DNA of 44,769 nt from Candidatus Omnitrophota bacterium (GTDB taxonomy: Bacteria > Omnitrophota > Gorgyraeia > Gygaellales > JAHJCI01): NCBI GenBank assembly GCA_042570305.1, contig JBHPGP010000006.1:4242-49010 (forward strand), in the 5' to 3' direction. Every line of letters begins with the position of its first letter. Position 1 is the first letter of the stretch. The notes beneath the pieces were generated by a model, which saw nothing but the letters and a program-made list of their open reading frames with translations, was not told where the DNA came from and made no database searches. Made by a program: the position numbers and the translations under genes. This document shows, in pieces, positions 36,313-44,769 of the stretch.

Positions 36313-37339
36313 TCTTTGCCAGGTCTTTTAAGACTTCCCTGATATCAATCTTGCCAGGACACGCCTCGATACACCTGCCGCAGCCGTCGCAGGCCGGCAG
36401 GCCTAAATTATCCACGAAAAAATCGAATTTCTTAACAAAGCGGTTTCTCAGGCGCTGCGCCCTTCTCTTTAGGGGATTCGCCCCTCCGGCAACGCGGGCA
36501 TAATTAGCGTAGAGACAGGAATCCCAGACCCGCAGGCGCGGATGTTTATCCTTTTGCCGAATATCGCTTAAGAGAAAACAATGGCAGGTACAGCAGACAA
36601 AATTACAGGCTCCGCATTCTACACAGGTAAGGCAGAAATTCTGCCAGGTATCGGAATCATAACCCTTCCTGACTATCTTCTGCAATATATCCTTCTGGGG
36701 TATATTCTTCTGCTGGAGACTCCTGTCTAGCTCGCCGATGATGTTCTGCCGCTTGGAATTCCTTGCTGCTACCTGCGCCTCTCCTGCCTTAACAAAATAC
36801 TTGCGGTGTTTATTCAGCAGCCCTGAACCCTTTGCGGAACCAACCTCAACCAGATATCCGTCGCTTAAAGGCGAAAGATTCAAATCAAAATACTTCTCCG
36901 GATGCGGCAGGACACCCATGCTCATGCAGAAACAGACTTCCTTAAAGCCTGTGCAATCCCCTGAAATCAGGATAGTATTTTCCCGCCTTAAGGCATATAA
37001 GGGGTCAACCTCGATGCCCTCCTTAAAAACATAGTCCTGCACCCTTAAAGAATCCAGGTCGCAATTCTTCAGGCCGACTACTACGGTAGGAGTAGCTGCT
37101 TTAGAGAAAGCCTCGCTTCCTGAAATGCCCTCGGCTATTTGTTCCTTAGGAGAAAAGAGAAACGGCTTGATGGTTTCTACGGGGCGAAAGGCGTTAAAGG
37201 AGAACTCTACCAGGTCTTTGGCCTCCTGATAGAAAAAATTATCGCCTTTTGCGTATGGCAGGTAAACGCGGGAGGACTTTTTTAATTCGGCTAAAAAATC
37301 ATCCCACTGGGAATTCTGCGAATAATAAATCTCTGACAT
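36305..37339 (-). CDS. 4Fe-4S dicluster subunit (AsrA/sulfhydrogenase-beta-like)
   Basis: CD, C....CFC, DL, CVECGACNFVCCTCHCF, RVWDSC, CDGCGRCIEACP. Confidence 0.88.
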   Translation of the reverse strand: MSEIYYSQNSQWDDFLAELKKSSRVYLPYAKGDNFFYQEAKDLVEFSFNAFRPVETIKPFLFSPKEQIAEGISGSEAFSKAATPTVVVGLKNCDLDSLRVQDYVFKEGIEVDPLYALRRENTILISGDCTGFKEVCFCMSMGVLPHPEKYFDLNLSPLSDGYLVEVGSAKGSGLLNKHRKYFVKAGEAQVAARNSKRQNIIGELDRSLQQKNIPQKDILQKIVRKGYDSDTWQNFCLTCVECGACNFVCCTCHCFLLSDIRQKDKHPRLRVWDSCLYANYARVAGGANPLKRRAQRLRNRFVKKFDFFVDNLGLPACDGCGRCIEACPGKIDIREVLKDLAKNA

Positions 37340-37403
37340 TAACTTTGGAATATCTTAAGGCTGGGAATTATGCTCAAGCACAACTCGAATAAAAGATTGA
37401 AAT

Positions 37404-37432
37404 AGTATACTACTGCCGTCTCTGTATGTCAA
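37404..37432 (-). promoter_or_regulatory. sigma70 promoter of the hydrogenase operon
   Basis: TTGACA-17bp-TATACT. Confidence 0.8.
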
Positions 37433-37487
37433 CACATTCGTATATTTATTTTAATCAAACTGCAGATACTCATCAACAAAATCATCT

Positions 37488-38822
37488 TTAGAGTATCGGC
37501 AGATACTTTTGCGTCTCGTATTGAGTTACCTGGGCCTTGTATTCATCCCACTCCATCTTCTTGTTGCGGATGAAGAAATCGAATAACTGCGCACCAAATG
37601 CCTTCTTGACCAATTCCGAGTTCTCGGTTAATTTGATTGCCTCCAGCAGGTCCTCGGGCAAAGCCTTAATCTTAACCCGTTCTCTTTCCTCCTCGGACAT
37701 ACGGTAAATATTATCGCTTGCCGGAGCGCCAAGCGGATACTTCTTCTCTATCCCGTCGAGCCCGGCAGAGAGCATTGCCGAGAATGCCAGGTAAGGATTA
37801 CAGGCCGGGTCCGGCACGCGGTATTCCAGGCGCATTGATTTTTCCCTGCCCGCTTTAATCATCGGCACCCGGATTAACGCCGAACGGTTCATATGCGCCC
37901 AGCAGATATAAACCGGGGCTTCATATCCGACAATCAACCGCTTATAAGAGTTGACCCACTGGTTGGTTATTGAGGTAATCTCAGGGGCATGCTTAAGCAG
38001 TCCGGCAATAAAGTGCTTGGCAACTCCGGATAGATAACATTTATCCTTGCGGTCAAAAAATGCGTTTTTAGGACCCCGAAAGAGCGATTGATGCACATGC
38101 ATGCCTGAGCCGTTTATCCCAAAGACGGGCTTGGGCATAAATGTAGCGTGTAGTCCGCGCGACTGCGCAACCTCCTTGACTACCAGCCTGTATGTCATCA
38201 CATTATCAGCCATCGCCAGCGCTTCGCTATAGCGTAAATCAATTTCATGCTGGCTGGAAGCTACCTCGTGATGGCTGTATTCTACGATGATTCCCAGATT
38301 CTCCAGAATCTCCACGGTCTGATGGCGCACGTCCTGGGCAATATCAAGAGGAGTAAGGTCAAAATAACCTCCCCTGTCCAGAATAATTGCGTTCTTGGGA
38401 TTGTTAAAGTAAAAATATTCCAGCTCCGGACCCACATAATAGGTAAACCCCATCTTCTTTGCCCTTGCAAGGTTTCTTTTCAGTATATAGCGCGGGTCAC
38501 CGGCAAACGGCTTGCCGTCAGGCGTATAAATATCGCAGAACATCCGCGCAACAGGGCGCTCCTTTGATTCCCAGGGAAGCAGGGCAAAGGTGCTGATATC
38601 CGGACGGGCAGTCATATCGGATTCTTCTATGCGGGCAAAGCCTTCGATGGAGGAACCGTCAAAGCCCATACCGTCTTCAAGCGCGCGCTTTAGTTCATCC
38701 ACGGCAATGGTAAAGCCCTTTAAAAAACCAAGCACATCGGTAAACCACAAACGGATAAATTTAATCTTGTGCTGTTTGACTAATTTCAAGACGTCCTGTT
38801 TTGTCTTAGGTTTTGGCGTCAT
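37488..38822 (-). CDS. glnA: Glutamine synthetase type I
   Basis: FDGSSIEGF, GPELEY, HHEVA, TFMPKP, NGSGMHVHQS, NSYKRL..GYEAP, NRSALIRVP. Confidence 0.97.
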   Translation of the reverse strand: MTPKPKTKQDVLKLVKQHKIKFIRLWFTDVLGFLKGFTIAVDELKRALEDGMGFDGSSIEGFARIEESDMTARPDISTFALLPWESKERPVARMFCDIYTPDGKPFAGDPRYILKRNLARAKKMGFTYYVGPELEYFYFNNPKNAIILDRGGYFDLTPLDIAQDVRHQTVEILENLGIIVEYSHHEVASSQHEIDLRYSEALAMADNVMTYRLVVKEVAQSRGLHATFMPKPVFGINGSGMHVHQSLFRGPKNAFFDRKDKCYLSGVAKHFIAGLLKHAPEITSITNQWVNSYKRLIVGYEAPVYICWAHMNRSALIRVPMIKAGREKSMRLEYRVPDPACNPYLAFSAMLSAGLDGIEKKYPLGAPASDNIYRMSEEERERVKIKALPEDLLEAIKLTENSELVKKAFGAQLFDFFIRNKKMEWDEYKAQVTQYETQKYLPIL

Positions 38823-39982
38823 CTTGCTCTCCGTCCTCTCTCCTGCTTTAAGAATTTTCCTATTCTTGTCATTGCCTCCTTGAGGTTTTCGTAACTCGAG
38901 GCATAGGATATCCGGATATAATCGTGGAATTCTTTACCGAAAGCAGAACCCGGCACCACTGCCACCTTTTCCTGTTTGAGCAGCCTCTGCGCAAAATCCA
39001 GGCAGCCGAATCCGCTATTTTTAACTGAAGCAAACACATAAAAGGCGCCGTCAGGCTTGACGCATTTAAGCCCCAATTTATTCAGGCTGTCCACTACAAA
39101 TTCCCTGCGCCTCCTGTATTCCCGCTTCATCTCCTCCACTGATTTCCTGCCTGTATGCAGTGCCTCGCAGGCAGCCATCTGTCCGGTGATCGGCACACAC
39201 ATGATTGTATACTGGTGGATTTTGGTCATCCCGGCAATTATTTGTTTTGGTCCGCAGGCAAAGCCCACGCGCCAGCCGGTCATTGCATAAGCCTTTGAGA
39301 ATCCGTTCAGGTAAACGGTATTTGACTTTGCCCCGCTGAGTGTGGCAAACGGCGTATGCGCGAAATCGTAAGTCAAATCTCCGTATATCTCGTCGGATAT
39401 ACAGAGCAGTTTGTGCTTTAATATAACCTTCTTGATTTGCTCCAGTTCTTTTCTTCTATAAGAAATGCCGGTAGGATTATTGGGATAATTTAAGATAACT
39501 GCCTTGGTTTTCCTGTCGATCGACTCCTCTAAGGCCTTGGGCGTTATCTTAAAGCCGCTGCCCTTGGTGTTTATATACACGGGAATGCCGCCTGCCAATT
39601 CTACAACCGGCCCGTAAGAAACATAAGAAGGCACAGGAATCAATACCTTTTCTCCCGGGCTGATAATTGCGCGCAGCGCCAAATCAAAGCCTTCGCTTAC
39701 GCCGACGGTAATCAGGATCTCCTCATCCGGAGAATACTCCAGGTTATACCTGCCTTTGAGATAACGGCTTATGCTTAACCTTAATTTATATAGCCCTTTA
39801 TTTGAGGTGTAGGTGGTAAACCCCTGCTCTAAAGAGTATATCCCTGCCTCGCGTATCTGCCAAGGGGTAACAAAATCAGGCTCGCCCACACCCAGGGAGA
39901 TTACCTCCTTCATCCCCAGAACTAAATCAAAAAATTGCCTGATGCCCGAAGGCTGTAGTTGTTCTACCTTTTTAGAAATCAT
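38819..39982 (-). CDS. PLP-dependent aminotransferase class I/II
   Basis: LGVGEPDF, PNNPTG, SDEIY, GFSKAYAMTGWRVG. Confidence 0.95.
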   Translation of the reverse strand: MISKKVEQLQPSGIRQFFDLVLGMKEVISLGVGEPDFVTPWQIREAGIYSLEQGFTTYTSNKGLYKLRLSISRYLKGRYNLEYSPDEEILITVGVSEGFDLALRAIISPGEKVLIPVPSYVSYGPVVELAGGIPVYINTKGSGFKITPKALEESIDRKTKAVILNYPNNPTGISYRRKELEQIKKVILKHKLLCISDEIYGDLTYDFAHTPFATLSGAKSNTVYLNGFSKAYAMTGWRVGFACGPKQIIAGMTKIHQYTIMCVPITGQMAACEALHTGRKSVEEMKREYRRRREFVVDSLNKLGLKCVKPDGAFYVFASVKNSGFGCLDFAQRLLKQEKVAVVPGSAFGKEFHDYIRISYASSYENLKEAMTRIGKFLKQERGRRAR

Positions 39983-39994
39983 TTCGCCCGCTCG

Positions 39995-40480
39995 CTAATA
40001 GGATATCGCGATTCTCCTGTCTCCCTCTCTGCGCCTTAAGACCATACCGCCCTCTTTATATTTCTTCAGGAGAAAATGCGTAGTTGTGCCGCGTACGTTT
40101 TCAAGAGGCGCAAGCTTCTCAGCTACAAAATTAGAAACCGTGTGGATATTCTTGCCTTCTACGACCAGCAGTAAATCATATGTTCCGGAGAGAAGATAAC
40201 AGCTCTTTACCTCTGGAAAAGAATATATCCGCTGGGCAATCTTATCAAACCCCAGGTCCTTCTGTGGTGTTATCCTTACCTCGATAATCGCCCGCACCTC
40301 GGAATCGTCTTCGCGCACAAGCTCCTTGTTGATGATTGTCTTGTAACCGAGAATTACGCCCTGTTTTTCGAATTTCTTGATTGCCTTTTTCACTGCAGAA
40401 CTGGTTTTTTTCAACATCCGGGCAATCTCCTCTGGCGTGATATGCGCGTTCTTTTCCAGAATTTCTAAAATCTCATCCAT
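39995..40480 (-). CDS. Lrp/AsnC family transcriptional regulator
   Basis: N-terminal HTH, GVILGY, SGTYDL; paired with an aminotransferase. Confidence 0.92.
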   Translation of the reverse strand: MDEILEILEKNAHITPEEIARMLKKTSSAVKKAIKKFEKQGVILGYKTIINKELVREDDSEVRAIIEVRITPQKDLGFDKIAQRIYSFPEVKSCYLLSGTYDLLLVVEGKNIHTVSNFVAEKLAPLENVRGTTTHFLLKKYKEGGMVLRRREGDRRIAISY

Positions 40481-40573
40481 TTCTCCCCTCCTTCAATGGC
40501 CCTGACTTCACAGGGTAAATTGAATATCCTGCAAGACCCGCCTTCACCCTTTTCCGGGGTTCTGAGTCAGTAA

Positions 40574-40602
40574 ATTATAACAAAAAAAAGCGTTTTTCAC
40601 AA
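40574..40602 (-). promoter_or_regulatory. sigma70 promoter of lrp-aminotransferase-glnA
   Basis: TTGTGA-17bp-TATAAT with TG extension. Confidence 0.75.
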
Positions 40603-40653
40603 GCTATTTTCAGCCCCTTCTCCCTCTAATATAACCCCTGGCTTGTTCGGGCT

Positions 40654-40867
40654 TGCCAGCTGAGTAGTTAGCGGCCTACTTCGGTTTGCTTTCTCGCGGG
40701 AACGTTCGTTTTTCCCCCGCGAGGAAAAACTTCACTCGAGCTTCGCCCTCGCTCTTGGAAAGAGTTAAATCAAGGCAAACCCTGCCCGCTCGGGCTCCAG
40801 ACGTCCCGCTCGAAATCATGACCCTGAGCGTAAGCGAAGGGCAAACCCAGTAGCCGCTCATCAGGCA
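40654..40867. repeat. Branched palindromic element (family D) containing a REP-like CCCTGAGCGTAAGCGAAGGG
   Basis: AGCGG/CCGCT, CTACT/AGTAG, GGTTTGC/GCAAACC, CTCGCGGG/CCCGCGAG stems; single copy in the window. Confidence 0.55.
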
Positions 40868-40875
40868 GATTGAAT

Positions 40876-41042
40876 GATTTCAGGGATTTTGCCGAAGAGC
40901 ACAATTAAAAACTTTTTGGCAAAGGTTGGCAAGGAATTACGACGAACGAAGGGAGAGTGTTTTGTGCCTGTTGCGCGGGAGTGAGGAGTAAGCCGCAGCC
41001 AACGGCAAAAAGTTTCGTGCTCGAGGTAAAAAACCTGAAATC
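40876..41042. repeat. Family C long interrupted palindrome, copy 2
   Basis: Arms near-identical to 7561-7738, different centre; degenerate right-arm remnant at about 41106-41135. Confidence 0.85.
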
Positions 41043-41155
41043 CAACTACTGAAACAAAAGCGACTTTGAACGAAGAAAGTGACAGGGGGCATTAACAACT
41101 ACAAGACGGCAAAAAAATTCGTGCGCAAAGTAAAAGACATAACGCCTGACTTGAC

Positions 41156-41872
41156 TTAGATTTTACAGATTTTTGGGGGCTGGCGCTTATGTTCCGACGC
41201 CTTAATGCGGGATTTGACTTTATTTACCAGGCGGGCCGGCTGAACCTGCTTCTGTTTCCTGGAGAGCCTAAGCAGTATATCGTCGAGCCGGGCATAACTG
41301 ATCCCCATCTCAGCCTCGTCGGTCTGGCCGGGCCAGAGTCCGGCAGTAGGGGCTTTTTTAATTATTCTTTGGGGAATCTTAAGCGACTGGGCTATTTTTC
41401 TTACCTGGGACTTAAGCAGGCATCCCAAAGGCGCGATATCCTCTGCCCCGTCTCCGTATTTGGTAAAATACCCCATTAATATTTCTGATTTGTTGGAAGT
41501 GCCGCAGACAATGTAATTCAGCTTATTGGCAAAGTAGTAAAGAGCCGACATCCTCAAACGCGCCTTGAGATTACCCAGCGCTATCTGGTTAGAGCCGGGC
41601 AGGATTTTTAAATAGGCCTTATAAACCTGCCCTAAATCAATTGTTTTGACGCGTAATCCCAGGCTCCTGGCAACCAGGCGGGCATCTGCGATATCCTGCT
41701 TTTGGGTTACGCAGGGAAGTATTAAACCCAAAACCCTTTTCTTGCCCAGTGCCCGAGAGCACAGGGCAGCGGTTACTGCTGAATCCAGGCCGCCGCTTAA
41801 ACCCACAATAACGCCTTTTGCTCGCGAGGCTTTCAACTGCTGCCTGATCCAATTAATAATCTTATGCTCCAT
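41156..41872 (-). CDS. nadE: NH3-dependent NAD+ synthetase (no nitrilase domain)
   Basis: GLSGGLDS, GNLKARLRM, GYFTKYGDG, PTAGLWPGQTDE, SEHKR; 238 aa. Confidence 0.95.
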   Translation of the reverse strand: MEHKIINWIRQQLKASRAKGVIVGLSGGLDSAVTAALCSRALGKKRVLGLILPCVTQKQDIADARLVARSLGLRVKTIDLGQVYKAYLKILPGSNQIALGNLKARLRMSALYYFANKLNYIVCGTSNKSEILMGYFTKYGDGAEDIAPLGCLLKSQVRKIAQSLKIPQRIIKKAPTAGLWPGQTDEAEMGISYARLDDILLRLSRKQKQVQPARLVNKVKSRIKASEHKRQPPKICKI

Positions 41873-41887
41873 TTATCTATGGCCCAT

Positions 41888-43171
41888 TTATCTTTGGGCT
41901 GATTTTATTAAAAGGGGTAAAAGCTCAATGCCGTAGATTGAACCCAGAGAGCCAGAGGCCGCTGTTTTCTCGGAATAATCCGCACTGCCGTCAGACACAA
42001 GACCGTTTCCTGAAATCAGCACCGGTACCGGGTCCGCAGAATGCGCGCGAATCTTACAGACAGTAGAGTGGTCCGCAGTCACTGCCAGAATCGCATCATC
42101 AAGGTTCAATTTCTCAAGCAGCGGGGTAAAGAAAAATTTATCAACCGCCTCTATTACCTCTTTCTTCTTGCGGAAATCCCCGTCGTGAGCCGGTTCATCC
42201 GGGCCCTTGATATGGATATAGAGCCCGTCAAACTCGAGGATTTTTCTTAAGGCAATCTTCGCCCAAATAGAGTAATCGACTTGCAAATCGCCGCTGGGCA
42301 GAGGAACTTCTACTATCTCAATGCCGGTAAGCAGGGCAATTCCCTTCTCAACCGGCATCTGCACAAAAGACCCGAGCCTTAAGTTGTGCAGCGATTTTAT
42401 TGATGGAAATTCGGGCAGGTGGTCTCCCGCATCTCGGGAAAGAATAATATTCGCCGGCAGCTTGCCCTGGGAAATCCTTTTCTGGTTAACCTCGGACTTG
42501 GATAAAACCTGATGGGATTTGCTGGTAAACTCATTCAGCAAATCCGCCGCCAGCAAAGCCGCAGGAGAATCCCGGTAATCAGGCATCGGCTCTGCCTGCG
42601 CCACAAGGTTTTCAAATTTTTCTTTGGCTACGCCAAAAACCCCTTCCCTGTCATAAGCAGGGTCTGTATTGCTTATCCATCCTGACAGCTTTTTATCGTT
42701 ATGACGGATAACCAGTACGCCGCGGTGACCGACGGTATTCTTGAATTCGAATGTCGCGCCGGAGAGCTTGACTTGGGAATTGATCTCTTTGGCTAAGGCA
42801 GTTGCCTCATCGGTAGTCAGATTCCTGCCTACCCTGCGGTCAAGGATAGTTTTAGCGTCAGTATCCACAGTAGCGAAATTAATCCGCAGGGCGAGATTCC
42901 CCGGCTCTATTTTTAACCCTTCGGCAAACGACTCCAGCGGGCCTCTGCCTGTATAATATTTTTCCGCATCATAACCCAGAAGGCTGATTACCGCGATGTC
43001 TGACTCCGGGGCAATGCCCTTTCCTACCGGATAGAGGATGCCCATCTTTCCCTTTTGCGCCAAGCCGTCCATAGCAGGAGTATTTGCGGATTGCAGCGGA
43101 GTCTTGTTATCCAGTTCCGGAATCGGTAGGTCCCCTAAACCATCCAGCACTATGTATAGTATCTTTTTCAT
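41888..43171 (-). CDS. apgM: 2,3-BPG-independent phosphoglycerate mutase, ApgM type
   Basis: LDGLGD, KTPL, PESD, YTGRGPLE, HIKGPDEPAHDG, TADHST, HSADPVP; ATG at 43171. Confidence 0.9.
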   Translation of the reverse strand: MKKILYIVLDGLGDLPIPELDNKTPLQSANTPAMDGLAQKGKMGILYPVGKGIAPESDIAVISLLGYDAEKYYTGRGPLESFAEGLKIEPGNLALRINFATVDTDAKTILDRRVGRNLTTDEATALAKEINSQVKLSGATFEFKNTVGHRGVLVIRHNDKKLSGWISNTDPAYDREGVFGVAKEKFENLVAQAEPMPDYRDSPAALLAADLLNEFTSKSHQVLSKSEVNQKRISQGKLPANIILSRDAGDHLPEFPSIKSLHNLRLGSFVQMPVEKGIALLTGIEIVEVPLPSGDLQVDYSIWAKIALRKILEFDGLYIHIKGPDEPAHDGDFRKKKEVIEAVDKFFFTPLLEKLNLDDAILAVTADHSTVCKIRAHSADPVPVLISGNGLVSDGSADYSEKTAASGSLGSIYGIELLPLLIKSAQR

Positions 43172-43172
43172 C

Positions 43173-44769
43173 TTAACACCTGGTGAATCCGCAGGCAAAA
43201 CATTTAACACAACCTTCCTCGTGGCGCAGGGCCCCTCCACAGTCAGGACAAACCCCCACAATATTGGCCACCCCGTGCTTCTGGCTACGGCCCTCTTCCC
43301 GCAGGCTCTGTTCCTGCTGCAAATCCTGATGCTGAGCGACAGCAACAACAGCTGCTTCCGGTTCGCCGGGCTGCTCCCTGACTAACCGCTTCTCAATTAC
43401 CCGAGCCAGGGCATCCGCACAAGAAAAAATCCGCACACCCTTTTCCCAGGAAGGAGAAGGACAGCGGATATTGCGTAACTGCTCAATTATTGATTTAACC
43501 TCGATATCTGTACGTAGCGCCAAAGAGACCAGTCTGCCGATTGCCTCTAGTTGGCTGGCTGCGCAGCCGCCGGCTTTACCCATCTGGGTAAAAACTTCAA
43601 AGGGCCTGCCCATTTCATCTGAATTGATGGTAATGTATAGGTTGCCGCAACCGGTAGCAACCTTCGTAGTGGTACCGGTAGTTACCTCGGGGCGCGGTCT
43701 GGGCATAAATTTAAGCTCTTCTGCCTTAGGCTCTCCTGCTGTTTCCGCTGCCTGCTGCTTACCGGCAATATTCAACACCTGCTCCTGGCGGCTCTTGTCC
43801 CTGTAGACCGTAATCCCCTTGCAGCCTAGTTCATAAGCCAAGAGGTAGCTCTTGTTCACATCCTCAACCGAAGCGTGGTTAGGAAAATTAACGGTTTTAC
43901 TCACTGCGTTATGCGTATATTTCTGAAAAGCCGCTTGTGTGCGTATATGCCACTCCGGTGAAATATCATGGGCGGTTACAAATACGCGCTTTACATCCTG
44001 CGGAATTCCATCTATATTCTGGAGTGAACTGGTCTCGGCAATCTTCTCCATTAATGCCCTGCTGTAAAAACCGCGCTCTTTTGCCACCTCTTCAAACATC
44101 GGCTCAACCTCAACCAGCTTATCATTATCCATAACATTGCGGTAATAAGAAATAGCGAATAACGGCTCTATGCCCGAAGAGGTAGGCCCGGCGATAATGC
44201 TGATTGTCCCGGTAGGGGCAATAGTAGTAAGCGTGGCGTTTCTTAATCGCGAGCCCTCCTGCTCCCAGGCGCTGTCCTTAAAAGCCGGGAACGCGCCCTT
44301 GCGGCTGGCAAGCTCCACAGACTTCTTCTTGGCGCTCTTAAGCACAAAAGACATCAGCTTATCAGCAAGTTTAAGCGCCTCCTCGCTGTTATAAGGTATG
44401 CCAAGCCTGATTAAGAGGCTCGCCCAACCCATTACTCCCAAGCCGATTTTGCGGGTCAGCCTGGTTGCCTTTTCTATCTCAGGCAGGGGGAATTTGTTGG
44501 CGTCAATAACATTATCCAGAAAGTGCACGGCCAGGCCTACAACCCTGTTTAGTCTCTCCCAGTCAATCTCATAACCTGAATTAGTCTTCCTAATCATACG
44601 CGCCAGATTAACGGAACCCAGATCGCAACTCTCATAGGGCAGGATGGGTTGTTCACCACAAGGATTGGTACTCTCAATCCTGCCTAATTTAGGAGTAGGA
44701 TTATCCTTTTCAATCCGGTCGATAAAGATAATCCCCGGTTCTCCGTTTTTGTGCGCCTGTTTAGTAATC
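43173..44769 (-). CDS. nrdJ: Class II (B12-dependent) ribonucleotide reductase, 3' part (starts beyond the right edge)
   Basis: Frame open to the edge: [52 protein letters not shown]-terminal TSCPD-like and zinc-ribbon region. Confidence 0.93.
   Translation of the reverse strand, partial: ITKQAHKNGEPGIIFIDRIEKDNPTPKLGRIESTNPCGEQPILPYESCDLGSVNLARMIRKTNSGYEIDWERLNRVVGLAVHFLDNVIDANKFPLPEIEKATRLTRKIGLGVMGWASLLIRLGIPYNSEEALKLADKLMSFVLKSAKKKSVELASRKGAFPAFKDSAWEQEGSRLRNATLTTIAPTGTISIIAGPTSSGIEPLFAISYYRNVMDNDKLVEVEPMFEEVAKERGFYSRALMEKIAETSSLQNIDGIPQDVKRVFVTAHDISPEWHIRTQAAFQKYTHNAVSKTVNFPNHASVEDVNKSYLLAYELGCKGITVYRDKSRQEQVLNIAGKQQAAETAGEPKAEELKFMPRPRPEVTTGTTTKVATGCGNLYITINSDEMGRPFEVFTQMGKAGGCAASQLEAIGRLVSLALRTDIEVKSIIEQLRNIRCPSPSWEKGVRIFSCADALARVIEKRLVREQPGEPEAAVVAVAQHQDLQQEQSLREEGRSQKHGVANIVGVCPDCGGALRHEEGCVKCFACGFTRC

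Noticed and set aside
35503-37339. Anaerobic sulfite reductase asrABC
   Set aside because: No AsrC siroheme subunit; the genes lead a hydrogenase operon
40676-40861. 61-aa minus-strand ORF
   Set aside because: Lies entirely within palindromic element D, with no RBS or recognisable motif
7762-44394. Numerous plus-strand and alternate-frame ORFs in the track
   Set aside because: Shadow frames of well-supported minus-strand genes with no recognisable domains
43173-44769. Intein or intron in nrdJ
   Set aside because: The visible part is collinear with RNR motifs, including an uninterrupted NPCGEQ

Overview
Bacterial chromosomal window in which every credible gene is on the minus strand. The gene content (TMTC-like GT-C/TPR protein, PilZ protein, small lipoproteins, group-4 hydrogenase, class II RNR) resembles an anaerobe such as Omnitrophota; that is an inference, not a determination. 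In transcription order (right to left): partial nrdJ, apgM, nadE; a cluster of folded palindromic elements; lrp, aminotransferase, glnA; a 17-gene Mrp-coupled group-4 [NiFe]-hydrogenase operon led by an AsrA/AsrB-like NAD(P)H module; envelope genes; purSQL; a GAF-ANTAR regulator; a hisF-DUF1846-guaA(ATPPase only)-purF-carA-carB operon; then an AT-richer accessory region. Two things stand out. (1) Positions 1-4750 form an integron-like array of single small genes separated by nine copies of a 26-bp hairpin repeat (CCCTCTG-N12-CAGAGGG). The spacers also carry sigma70 promoters and a GGGGACG motif that supplies stop codons; there is no attC signature and no recombinase in the window. (2) In the hisF-carB operon every glutamine amidotransferase has separately lost glutamine use (dead CarA triad, PurF Gln-loop deletion, GuaA without GATase, HisF with altered HisH-interface residues and no hisH), and the operon sits behind an ANTAR-type hairpin/terminator next to the GAF-ANTAR gene. 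This suggests a regulated, ammonia-direct biosynthesis module. All calls come from reading motifs by eye; no searches were run.
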